From Phoronis australis (taxonomy: Eukaryota > Animalia > Phoronida), in assembly GCA_002633005.1 (NCBI GenBank), contig NMRA01000081.1, positions 1,008,353 through 1,072,352 on the forward strand: a DNA stretch of 64,000 nt, read 5' to 3'. The notes under the pieces are model-generated. The model was given only the letters and a program-made list of their open reading frames with translations. It did no database searches and was not told the DNA's origin. Every line of letters begins with the position of its first letter. The stretch's first letter is position 1. A program made the position numbers and the translations under genes. Shown here one piece after another: positions 38,801 to 50,000 of the stretch.

Positions 38801-40742
38801 AATCTAAAAAACAGGGGGTGGACGGTAAGCTGAGCATGGGAGGTTAAAATCAAAATTTTTGAAAAGTCAGGAGTGGGTGCTTACTGCAAGGAGGACCAAT
38901 TTTACCATCACGGAGCTACACTGACGGACTTCAAGCATAGCAGTTCAAATATATGTCGGTGGATTAAAGAAACGGACTTTGTCTCCCTGAAGTGGAATAG
39001 TGCACACAACACAGTGGCGCCGTGATCCCAAGCGTGATTGGGTATTTTACGTACCTCAGTCGCTTCTCGTCATCTCTTAGAACTAAGGTATTCCTACAGG
39101 TAGGCGTGTGTTCAGTAAGGCAAGTTTCTTGAGAGAAAAGGCAGATCAAGACTCTACTATTGTGCTGCGTATTTATAACGGAAGCACCTGATTTTGTAGA
39201 TTTGCTCCCCGCTAGACACTTTGGCAACCAAAACACGTGCTAATGATTGACAGGTCTCAGTTCTTTTAAGAACATTAAAATGCTTTAAACCTAGTTTCAA
39301 AAATGAAACATTTAATTTACATTTCTTTCTGAGATGCTCAAAGCATGTGCTCAACAATCAAACTATACTACTATTAAGCAATAGGGGGTGCTAAGTCGGC
39401 TGCAAAAATTAATAAAGCAAAAACACATCGTGTAAAAAGAGATCAGGGAAATCAAGAGTTCAAAAACTTATGTTTTTGACCACGTGGATATGGATAGTAT
39501 TTTCGAATTGTGCTTAATTACAATTTGATTTCTTGCGCTGTTGCTTTTGCCCGGTTGGGCGCTTCCATTTTGGTTGGGCACTTTCATTTCGGTGTCGGGA
39601 GTGAGTCATTAAATATGTGCGTTTAACCAAGGCAGGGAACAGCAAGACAAGTTGGCTTGTCACAATAACTTGTGTTTGCTTATATTCAAAGCAATGCCTC
39701 CAAAATAATGTTGGTGTGCTCGTGTACTGTCACGGCACTCATGGCCAGAAAGATAGGCTAAGGACTTGAAATTCCAGTCAGGTACCACTTTGCTGGTTCT
39801 TCCATGGCAATGAAATACATTTGACAAGCTCTGTCTCAGTGATCAGTAAATGCTGACACGAGTTCCGCGCGTGAGCCACAGGAAATAATTGTATCTCCTT
39901 CAGTAAAGTGCATGATACTACGGGTATTTTACCGCCATAGTAAGGCAAGGTCCCCGTTCCGCTAAAACTGATTGGTTGTCACTGGAAGGTAAACGAGTTG
40001 CGCACGTTTTGGAATCTTAGTTTTGTGCCACGAACATTCACAGAAGCACAGACACTTTTAGGGAAGTCTCGATCACGAAAAAGTGGGGGTGGGCGGTAAG
40101 CAGAGCATGGGCGCTTAAAAATAAAAAATTGAAAATTTTGGAGTGGGCAGTAAGCCGAACATGGGCGGTAACCCGGACGGGTACAGTACTATAGTCGCCT
40201 AGTCGGATATAATAGACCCTGATTAAGAGAACCAGTTTCATCCACTAAATAACGGCCGTTATTTAGTGATTGCCTGGTTCTCTAAGTCAGGGTCCATTAT
40301 ATCCGACTAGTGCCCTATAGTCTATGATAACATAAACAACAACAAAGAATTCATGGATCAAAATCCTTAAGCAAATAACATTGGCAAGCTGGAATTTTAT
40401 ATAATTCAAGTAAACACACCAATAAAATGCAACTTTACTCCCTAAACCACGCTCAATGTTACGATCCAGCATGTTGTAGCACATATTAGTGACAGCCCCT
40501 TTCATCCACTGGATATATATGGGGCCTTTTGAATGGTCGAAGTTGTAGTCTAAGAACTCGCCGGTCGGCTGCGATTTCCAATAAAAGTCCTTTGCAATTT
40601 CACCCCAAAATTTAGAGGGATTTTCTACCGACTCTTTGTACATTTCTTCGTACTGTTGCATCGACTTGACAAGAGCATTTTGCTGTATTTCATTGTTCGG
40701 CTCGAAGACCTCAGTCGTATCGTGTTGATCGAAGTCGGCCAT
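11667..40742 (-). CDS. ACSS2: Acetyl-CoA synthetase, cytosolic/nuclear ACSS2 type; 15 coding exons, 2079 nt, 692 aa
   Basis: Exons 40420-40742, 37052-37146, 31938-32041, 24285-24357, 23061-23136, 21788-21923, 21090-21208, 20503-20695, 19497-19630, 18857-18989, 17969-18025, 15579-15659, 14262-14370, 13531-13776, 11667-11866, all GT-AG and in phase. Motifs [38 protein letters not shown]. No obvious mitochondrial presequence. Confidence 0.95.
13531..13776 (-). CDS. ACSS2: ACSS2 coding exon 14
   Basis: [36 protein letters not shown]... Confidence 0.95.
14262..14370 (-). CDS. ACSS2: ACSS2 coding exon 13
   Basis: [36 protein letters not shown]. Confidence 0.95.
15579..15659 (-). CDS. ACSS2: ACSS2 coding exon 12
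   Basis: [27 protein letters not shown]. Confidence 0.95.
17969..18025 (-). CDS. ACSS2: ACSS2 coding exon 11
   Basis: [19 protein letters not shown]; cag acceptor, gtaagt donor. Confidence 0.93.
18857..18989 (-). CDS. ACSS2: ACSS2 coding exon 10
   Basis: [24 protein letters not shown]...DTFWQTET. Confidence 0.95.
19497..19630 (-). CDS. ACSS2: ACSS2 coding exon 9
   Basis: [39 protein letters not shown]. Confidence 0.95.
20503..20695 (-). CDS. ACSS2: ACSS2 coding exon 8
   Basis: [19 protein letters not shown]...[14 protein letters not shown]. Confidence 0.95.
21090..21208 (-). CDS. ACSS2: ACSS2 coding exon 7
   Basis: [39 protein letters not shown]. Confidence 0.93.
21788..21923 (-). CDS. 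ACSS2: ACSS2 coding exon 6
   Basis: [45 protein letters not shown]. Confidence 0.88.
23061..23136 (-). CDS. ACSS2: ACSS2 coding exon 5
   Basis: [25 protein letters not shown]. Confidence 0.93.
23545..23634. repeat. Perfect 44-bp tandem duplication (2 copies)
   Basis: gcacaatctacttcataaaaataataacttctcaactttgaaga occurs at 23545 and 23589. Confidence 0.9.
24285..24357 (-). CDS. ACSS2: ACSS2 coding exon 4
   Basis: [24 protein letters not shown]. Confidence 0.95.
25813..25884 (-). mobile_element. tRNA-derived SINE head or tRNA pseudogene
   Basis: Minus strand shows an A box (TGGTGTAGTGG), a B box (GGTTCGAATCC) and an acceptor-stem remnant ACTGAG/CTCGGT, but the anticodon stem does not pair. 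Confidence 0.6.
27753..29544. mobile_element. Non-autonomous Tc1/mariner-superfamily (Tc2/pogo-like) DNA transposon
   Basis: Perfect 24-bp TIRs CCGTAAACGTTCGGGTTAACGCCC, flanking TA on both sides, subterminal GGGCGGTTAA/GGGCGCTTAA repeats; no transposase ORF. Confidence 0.9.
30525..30865. repeat. Degenerate minisatellite (about 27-31-bp unit)
   Basis: Recurring ttgatacttgtcaacatatcac(acaagtgcc). Confidence 0.85.
31938..32041 (-). CDS. ACSS2: ACSS2 coding exon 3
   Basis: [35 protein letters not shown]. Confidence 0.95.
32277..32689. mobile_element. MITE with about 30-bp imperfect TIRs (Harbinger-like GGGC end)
   Basis: ggcccggttgaattaaacagtcccaaatagg ... cctatttgggactgtttcgtgcaaccggcc. Confidence 0.65.
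33293..34020. mobile_element. Diverged MITE/foldback with about 130-bp inverted arms
   Basis: aggggtggcctggatgagtgt/acactcatccaggtcacccct and atggggtaaagta/tactttaccccat are reverse complements. Confidence 0.65.
34320..34480. repeat. Minisatellite, about 30-bp unit
   Basis: Recurring gactgttcacacat..gggtgacac.acagt. Confidence 0.75.
37052..37146 (-). CDS. ACSS2: ACSS2 coding exon 2
   Basis: (W)[31 protein letters not shown]. Confidence 0.95.
38760..40186. mobile_element. Second Tc2/pogo-like non-autonomous DNA transposon
   Basis: 24-bp TIRs CCGTACTCGTCCGGGTTACCGCCC (2 mismatches between ends), TA on both flanks, same subterminal GGGCGGTAA/GGGCGCTTAA repeats as 27753-29544. Confidence 0.85.
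40189..40320. mobile_element. About 130-bp near-perfect palindrome (hairpin MITE)
   Basis: ctagtcggatataat..gaccctga..gagaaccag..cactaaataacgg|ccgttatttagtg..ctggttctc..tcagggtc..attatatccgactag; related fragments at about 31772-31820 and 38225-38270. Confidence 0.85.
40420..40742 (-). CDS. ACSS2: ACSS2 coding exon 1
   Basis: MADFDQ...[25 protein letters not shown]...[30 protein letters not shown]. Confidence 0.93.
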
Positions 40743-41031
40743 TTTTCAAGCTATGTCCGTAGACAATTCTATAATTATGAAATAAACAAGAGAGAAATGA
40801 ACATTTTTAAAGTACCCTAATACAACCAAAAGCGAGATAGTTGACATTTCCACATTTTGTGTTAGTTTTATACAATTAATCATGGCAAATTGAAATTATT
40901 TTGCAAACAATTTTTGTATTACTGGGTAACACAATGAGAAAAGCATGTTGAATATTCCTAACTTGTAATATTCACAAATTATGGTAAATAATGTAAAAAT
41001 TTGTTTATTATAGTTCTGAATTCTGGTCAAC
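40743..41031. promoter_or_regulatory. 289-bp head-to-head spacer between ACSS2 and NOL10 start codons (candidate bidirectional promoter or shared 5' intronic region)
   Basis: Divergent ATGs at 40742 (-) and 41032 (+); AT-rich; acceptor-like AG on each strand at 40769-40770 and 41012-41013. Confidence 0.55.
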
Positions 41032-41097
41032 ATGCAGATTTCAAATCCAAACAACATCAAGATTTACAATTTGAGTGCCGGAAAGTCTTTACCAGAA
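41032..41097 (+). CDS. NOL10: NOL10 coding exon 1
   Basis: MQISNPNNIKIYNLSAGKSLPE, donor gtaagt. Confidence 0.92.
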
Positions 41098-44000
41098 GTA
41101 AGTATAACGCATCCAGTGTAATACTGTCAGTAGGCTAGTTTAGCCCTCGACCTCGTTAGGTTATCGCCTATTGTATTGGCCTCGGCTAGATGGACATTGG
41201 CTACAACACTCCCCATCGGTCTCTGTGTTAATATCGTCCCGTGTATTTCAGATGTATTTTCAAATCCGGTCACTGAATAAGAGGTTTTCATCTTGTCAAA
41301 GCGTGCCATGCAGTTGGTCAATTTTTTAGTTTTGAGGTTTGAATACAGGAATTATAGTTATACCCTGGGTCCATGCGTTAGTGTTTATGACATTGTTGAT
41401 TGTAAAAATAGGTAGTTCTAAAAACCAAAGATCATATTACATTGTTTTTCAGCCAATTCTAAAATGCTCAATTCATGGAATGGGGTGTGCATAACAAACC
41501 CACGAGATATGTTCTTTTTCTATCGTGTTTACAACAAAAATATTGTTGTTCCTGGAAATTTAGTGGTTCTTTAGCATTTCACCTTATATACTTGAAAGCC
41601 AGCACCAATTCAAAATTGACATCAAAGTTTTATTAGCTTCATGGTCGAATGGCGTAGTCTGCAGATGAAAATGGATTTGACACAGGTTTGGAGACTAAAC
41701 ACCTTTGACTTTGACCCGTCGTCTGGTGTCTCTTAACATAACGGTTTTGAGTACTGCAATAGCAAAAATGAACGTACAATCTTGTAATGGTCTATTGAGT
41801 ATCGGATGTAGCCGTCAGCAAGGGATCCCCGTGTCCATCTTGCGAAAATATTTTGTTTGCACAAATGTTCAAATTTAATATCTGTTTCAGTGGCTCTCGG
41901 ACAGACGGAAGCGATCTTTGCAAAAGTCGGATGTTGGTAAGTCTTATCGGAATAACTAATAGAAAACCAAGGAAATGTAACGCATTCGAATTCATGCTAT
42001 TCTCGCGTCAGAGTGCATATTACCTGTAATATAGGGTCATTGCCTTATGTTCAAATAAGGCTGTACTCCTGTATAAGCATAGTGTCTTATGCACTAGGTT
42101 TTGTTATACCAATTTACTGAACTCATTTGGCACTTAAACTCAAACACCAAGGGTAGAACTTTCGTCTTATCATTAGTGGTTAAAGTGTTCATGGAATTTT
42201 TGAGAAGCGGTCGATTTTGGTTTAACATCCTGGCAGCTTGACATGGACTGTATGTCAGACATCTGAAAGGTGACCCCTTGGTGTCTATTCAAAGACTTGA
42301 GAGGTATTCTTGGTATTCTTGATTTCTTCTGTAATATTGTGTCCCAAATTGAGAAGTTCAGTCCTAGCGTAGTGCTCTGCAAATAATGCTCCTAACTAAC
42401 AATGCTTTAAGTTTTCTCTTGAGATGTATTCAGTGTGCGATCATCATGTCTTCTCTATGTTTTCTTTGTTCACAGATGTTCAACGGCGAATCGAGCTGCT
42501 TCAAGACTTTGAAATGCCAACTGTCAGCAACTGTGTTCAGGTATCCAAGGACAGGCAGTATATTTTTGCTACAGGTTGGTCAAAGTATATTTCATTTGCT
42601 TTGAAATCACCATTGAGTGCATCACCTTGAAGGTGCTGTGTACTTGCATTCTTCTATCAAACACAGTTTGATGTAGACCTTTTATGAAGCCGGTTTCGCA
42701 TTGTTCCTTGCTAAGAACAAAAATGATTTCTAGGCTTGAGAAGAACTGATAAGTCATTACTGCTTCAGATCAGTATCATTAAGGTGATTGTCATGATGGG
42801 TTATTGTCAGTCACCCAAACTGTGAGGTGGTTGCAGTAATCCCAGGTGATTCGTGGGAGCCTATTTTAATTTAAACAAGTAAGAAGGCAATGATGTTATT
42901 TTGGATGAGCAAATATTCCTTTGGAGTTGGTTTTGACACCATAATGTCATTTACACCAGCTATAACTTGGTGACATTGTGAAATTCACTGTTTTGTTCTA
43001 TTTGCACCAAACTATGTATTGAAAGGCAGTGTGATATAATCACTTAGAATTTATTCATGGTATATGTCATGTTGATATGGAGGGTTTATGAAAATTTACA
43101 AAAAATGAAATTTCTTTCACTGTGACTTATAAAAGTGATAAATTTTAATTAGTTGTGACACTTATGTTGATCACTGGTAGTACTTATGTGATTTCCCAAT
43201 TTCAAACCTTATTGAAATTCAGTCTTGCATATTTATTTCTGTTGGAATTGTGCTTGCTGGTGGAAAGATCAAAAGTACTTTCTTAAAAATTATCACCTAA
43301 TAAAAGATACGATTAGAATTATTTTGAGTAAATTTTTCGTTGAAAACTTAAAGATCATAGGCGAACTGTTATAGTGTCGCTGCCAGTATTGTATGTTGCT
43401 ATTTTTTGATCAATTTGCAATTTAATGTATTTGTCCCTGTAAAGCACATTTTGTTTATTTCCATGCTTACCAAGGTGTGTATAAGCCAAGATTCAAGTGT
43501 TACGATGTCAACCAGATGTCACTCAAGTTTGAAAGATGCTTCGATGCAACTGTCGTCAAACTCCTCTCACTCTCTGAAGATTATTCTAAGGTAAGTTGTG
43601 TCAAATGAAAAATTGCTTGATTCTCTTTTGTTTCATTTCTAAGAATTTAAATCTTAGGTATTGGAAGTTTGGCAAGTCACTTAGTGGGTTAAGTGAGTGT
43701 TTGCAACTAAGTGGTCAAAAAAGCCTGATTTAGACCTGTTTATACACTCTATGTGGTACAACTATTCATTGTGTTTATTTGTTGTTTCTGTTTCATGTTA
43801 CAGTTGATCTTCCTTATGAATGATCGAACAATAGAGTTTCATAGTCAGCATGGTCGCTACTACAGGACACGGATACCCAAGTTTGGACGTGATCTGGCTT
43901 ACCATCAACCATCCTGTGATCTTTACATGGTTGGCGCTAGGTGAGCCTTTGGTTGTCAACTTTAAGCAGATTAATGTTGTTTTGGGCTAGGAGAGAATAC

Positions 44001-47000
44001 TGATTAAGCTGGGCAGTGACATGGAAGTGCTACAGATTGTAATACTGGCCTAGTTGGAATATTACACTACTCCTGAGATGTTGACTTTCATATATATATG
44101 TATAATGCTAATGTACATATTTCATTGAAGACTTGATTTTGATCTGTTTTTACTAGTTTAATTTCAGTTCTTTCCAACTCTCTAAATAGATATCTTGTCT
44201 TTACATCACAACAGTGCAATAAAAATCCAAACGACATCAGTAGGTAACATAATTTAAAGTGATATTTCGAGACACATATCTCATCTTCAGGCTACTATTT
44301 ACAACTACATCAGAAATGACAAATGCAATATAACACGTGAAGTTGGCATGCGCATGACTGTCACATGATTATTCCCATGGGTTGTCTTCATGTTTCTTAG
44401 TTCAAAAGTGAAAAGCACCAAGTTAGAATGATGGCTCTCAGGAATGTTTGTCAGCTTGTCTCCTGCTGACAGTGAGTTTAATAATGCTGTTTTCATTTCA
44501 TTTACAGCTCTGAAATTTACAGACTGAATTTGGAACAAGGAAGGTTTCTCAACTCATTACAGACAAGTGCGACGTAACTATCTTTTTGTTCTGTATCTCA
44601 TGTTCACTGGTGATACTGGATGTAATTGCTCTCTTATTGTAGAAACTGAACTTTAAAAGCTTCTTGTTTAAGTGAAATAACCCTGAAATTATTTGTGGTT
44701 TGTTAATTAAAGGAATTATGTGGGAAATTTATTGAAAATTTTAAAGTATGTGGGTTTTGCATTCCACTTCTCTTTTATAAGATTATCCTCTCTTGAAAAG
44801 TACAACTGATTACATACATTGTTTACGTATTATTGAGATACTGAGAGATGCTAATGAATGCTGCCAACAATAACTGAATAGATTTTAGATTAGTGCTTTA
44901 ATGCATTTGCAACACGTTTTGATGGAATGTTTTGAACATTTGTAAGAAAATGATGGTACTGAAAGACATCATATAGAAAAAGCAAATTTTCATGACATAC
45001 ACATAATTGATACGTTATAAGATAGGCTAATCACTCTTGAATGTATTTGGAAATGGTGTACATTCCATTGAAACGTGTCGCTATTTGAAGCAGTTCCTTT
45101 ATGTAGGTCATTCTTCGTTCCAGTGGAATCAACTGCTGCCAATTCAACCCAGTTCATCACTTGTTCTCCTGCGGTACAACTCAGGTAACAGTCTAATGTT
45201 TGTTTGATCTGCGTGCACATTCGACACATGTGGAGTTGGGAACTAATGAGTCTATCTTTGCAGGAATTTGGTATTGCTTATAATTTTTATCCCTGAAAAC
45301 CAAATAATCGAGATGTCTTAAATTTATTTTGTTTTAAGGATAATGAACAATATTCAACATCACCTGCATGTGGACATTTTGCTGAGTTTTAGTAAAACAT
45401 TCAGTGATCATGTTAGTATTTCTGTATATCATTTTTGTACAGTGTTCATGTTTGATTTTTGTTTGAGTAGGGGTAATGGTTGCTTATGACGAGCATTCAC
45501 GAAGGCGCCCAATCTGCCATCTTGCAACTAATTTAAACAATTGTCATTTTATTAAGCTATGTGCAAAACTGTAATATTGTGGCCACAATTACGCGTGCTC
45601 ATCATGAGTGAACAGTGACTAGTCGCAAGTTACATTATTGGGATGAAGCCTTCTCTTGGTAAGAAAGCAGATTTGTCACCAGATTTGATGGCAGATCATC
45701 AGAAAGCTGATCAGACATCCTGTGACTATTCAAATGTGAGATTTTTGTCACGTGGTTTATCTGCCTTCTGATCAGATGGCATATGAATTGTGTTGTAATC
45801 AGTCAACAAAATCATTGCAATTTTGTTGATGGACATTTCAGGGCCATATAGAAAGCTGGGACCCTCGAAGTAGGAGCTGTGTTGGCAAACTAGATTGTGC
45901 AATAAATACGTACATTGAAGACTTGGAGTAAGTATACAGCATTAATTAATGAATAGTAAAACAGTGATGGAGAAGCTATCATGGAGATATAGATGAGTTA
46001 AATGAAAAATAGACAAATTATGTTTTTGGCATAACTTTTTATTCTACTGTGGACCATACTATGGACCAGAGAAACACTAATTTATGGAGTAATGTAGTGG
46101 ACATCTTTGGGAATTAAATCAAACTGGACAAATTGCCTTCACATGCATGTAATCTGTGCTAGTGTGATGACTGCAGCAACATGTGAACTGTGTGCTCACA
46201 CTGTTAGTGTCGTGACAGTAGGAGCGTTTGAAATGTGTACTCACTCTCGTCCTTATTCCTATTCACTTTTGGCGTTTGCTAATTTTTTCAAATACATTTC
46301 ATAGCTGCAGACTTAACATTTCTCGTTCTGCAGGGTCACTGGTGTTCCTGCTGTCACGTCCGTCAAGTATAAAGATGCTCTGACCATGGCCGTGGGTACT
46401 AGCACTGGACAGGTAGGCCAAGGCTAGTTATATACTGAGTCGGGGGCCTTGTGCTGACATATAGACCCAGCTTGGTATGCAGTTACTGCTTTTTACGTCA
46501 CAGGACAAAACGATGACAGTGCATTCCGGCACTGTGACATGTCAACAGCCTTCAAGACTACCTTGTACAGGGTTTGCTATTTGATATCTATTTAGCTAAC
46601 AAAATAGTCCTAGCAAAGCCATAGCAAAATATTAGAAACCGTGAGTTTAATGACTCGAATGCATGCCCGTCAAATGATTGGTGTAGTTGCCTTTGCGTGG
46701 CATATTGCGTCACCATGAGAATCCTGCCAACAGCTGTTGTATTGGAATAAGGGACTGTATAGAAAGGTGATTCTCCTTTTTAGTTAGACAAAAGCAAGCC
46801 AATAAGCCTAACAGTTCATTGCATTTGCCAATTTATGGCACTGTTGGGCTCAGAGCAATACTCTTAACGTGCTGCAGGAACCAGTGTTACCGTTAAACTT
46901 AAATCAGCCTTAAATGAATTTTATGCCTTGTTGCATTTCAGTGAAAATGACTTTTAAATAATGAAACATTAATTTGTCATATTTCTTCCATTTTGCAATG

Positions 47001-50000
47001 TGCAAATCCTTTTATTCTTTCAGCACTGTTCAAGTAGTAGGAAAATATTTGTAAAATAAGCTGATCACAAATCTAATGCCATTGTCTTCCTTCATCTTGG
47101 TGTGCTGAATTAATCACCAATCTTATTTGACTTTCAAGCTATAATTCTAGAAATCTTAGTGAAATATTTGTAGATTAACTTTCACATTTAATGTTTTATC
47201 TTGTATCATTGTATTATTAATTTCCCCTTTCACATTTCATTTTTAATGTTTTATCTTGTATCATTGTATTATTAATTTCCCCTTTCACATTTCATTTTTA
47301 ATGTTTTATCTTGTATCATTGTATTATTAATTTCCCCTTTCACATTTCACATTTAATTTTTTATCTTGTATCATTGTATTATTAATTTCCCCTTTCACAT
47401 TTCACATTTAATTTTTTATCTTGTATCATTGTATTATTAATTTCCCCTTTCACATTTCACATTTAATGTTTTATCTTGTATCATTGTATTATTAATTTCC
47501 CCTTTCAGATTCTTCTTTATGACATTCGAACAGACAAGCCCTTCTCAGTGAAGGACCATAACTATGGTCTTCCCATCAAGAAGATTGAATTTCACCCTGA
47601 GCAAGACCTTGTGTTGACCCTTGACCCAAAAATATTAAAAATATGGAACAGGCAAACGGTGAGTTACAAATGGTTATGGAAAGGATACAGAACTAAGACA
47701 CATGCTATGTGTACTAGACTCGAGATGTACTCTGTAACTGAAACCAAAACAAATTTGAGTTGCACACATAGTCACATGCATTAATTTAACAAATAATATT
47801 GACGAGTAAGCGATGAATAAGTCACTGAAATTTACGGGCTTTGTAGTGTAATGCAGTTAAAAGTAGGGGGCCCTACTTGCAATTATTGAAAACCTTCTGA
47901 AGCAATGGTCGGCAAGGGTGGCGGTTTTGACTTCTTGCAGACGATAAATCCCTCTCGCGGGATATAAGCCTTCTATGGGATTGATCGAGGTTTCAGGGTA
48001 GCTGGCATTTAAAAATTGTTTGTCATTTTGTTGGCATATCCTAAACATATGTCACACTATTGTAAATGTCTAAAAATATAGTAATACTAAAACCGTCCAA
48101 ATTTTCTATCTCTCAGCCCTGAGTTCTAAGCTTCTACACTGGGCACTTCAAACAACTCACATTTACAATGTTTTGTACTTCATATCCTCAGTCATGTATT
48201 TGACTAAGTTAGCGCTCGAAATACAGGGCATGATTTCAATTTTTGTTTGCTTACAAATATGATATGAGTCAGAGGTAAAATGTCTTACAGCTTGCATTTG
48301 AATTCTGTTTGATTTCCTTCCAGGGTAAACCATTCACTTCTGTCGAACCTGGTACAGATCTGAATGACCTCTGTCTGTTTCCTGAGACTGGCATGATGTT
48401 TCTGGCAAACGAAGCGCCTAAAATACTCACATATTACATTCCAGTAAGTGACAGAGTTCATTTTCATCATGATTATAATGTCTTCAAAAGCTACTTTCCT
48501 GACTTGTCGAGACTTTTTGCTGGAAAGTTAAGTCACTGATTAATTGTTAGTTCCAGGGTGTAGGCTCACTTACATCTTTAATAATCAAAGTATTGTTAAT
48601 GTTGCTGGCTTGTTACATAAAGGTGTTTTGATACTAGACTTGGAGTACATTCAGAGCTAGAATTACATGAAACGTGGTCTTCAATGTATTTTTGTTGGTA
48701 TGACCAAAACTGAGAACTTCACTGTACCATTCATTGTTGTTAATATTAAACAAGTCATGCAATTATCAATTTATTACTACACGATATTCCCAAGTTTCAG
48801 TCAGTTCAAAGCTAAATGTTATGCAGGATTTTGATTGGCTACCCCTTCTCATGTGTACCACTGTAGGCTCTTGGTCCGGCCCCCAGATGGTGCTCTTTCC
48901 TGGATAATCTAACTGAAGAGCTAGAGGAGAATCCCTTACCCACAGGTAGGAAGTGCAGATATGACGTCTGACCTGATGAGACTTTTATGATGGCTGTGCA
49001 AATGTTGACGTAACATTTTGCGTTAAGACCCAGATTATCGTCAAATTTTCCATAAGACCACTACAAGTGTGATGCATAAGATTAATAAATATTCTGTTCC
49101 ATGTCATGATATACTTTAAGCTGGCAATGGACGTTGCGGCTTGCGTCACTTTCACGTGTATGGTGACTTTCTCTGTTTCAGTATACGACGACTACAAGTT
49201 TGTGACAAGGCGAGAATTAGAGGAACTTGGCCTGGCTCACTTGATCGGGTCTAGCCTTCTTCGAGCATATATGCATGGCTTCTTTATGGATGTCCGGCTG
49301 TACCGTAAGGTAAAGTATGCAGCAGAGAGTCACAGACCTAGTGGTTGGTTGATTATGGTTGAGAAAAACGATTCATCATTCACCGTGTACAAATCAGTGT
49401 TAGTGTTAGGTCATGGATGTTACCGTTCCATCAGTTGTAGTGTTGATGCAAAAAATGCATGTCAAATTTTTAATCAGTCAAGTTCCAATTCATGAGGGAA
49501 ACGAACGGTCCTGCGACATTGAAGAAATAACTTTAAATTAAGGATTCTTTTGAAAGCATTTTCACTGATTGAAGACAAGATTTGTTTTTTCATGGGATAT
49601 TAATTCCGTATGCATGAAAGAAGTGATTTATTTTTCACTTTGTGCTTATTCTTTATCTTATCTATAGCATGTGGTTCAACACTCGTGTTTCTTTGTTTCG
49701 TCAGGCCAAGTCAATAGTGGAACCATTTGCCTATGAGGAATACCGCCGTAAGAAGATAAGGGAGAAAATAGAAGAAGCTCGTGCAAATAGGGTACAGATT
49801 AAGAAGGTGAGTTATACCTGTCAGGAATGATGGGTGGTGTGTTCTGGTCGTGGTGTGGGTGGGTGAAGGGTGGCATGTTCTGGTCCTGGGGTGGGTGGGT
49901 GATGGGTTGGTGTGTACTGGCTTTGGGGTGAGTTTGTGAAGGGTGGTGTGTTCTGGTCCTGGGCTGGGTGGATGAAAGGTGTGTGTACTGGTCCTGAGGT

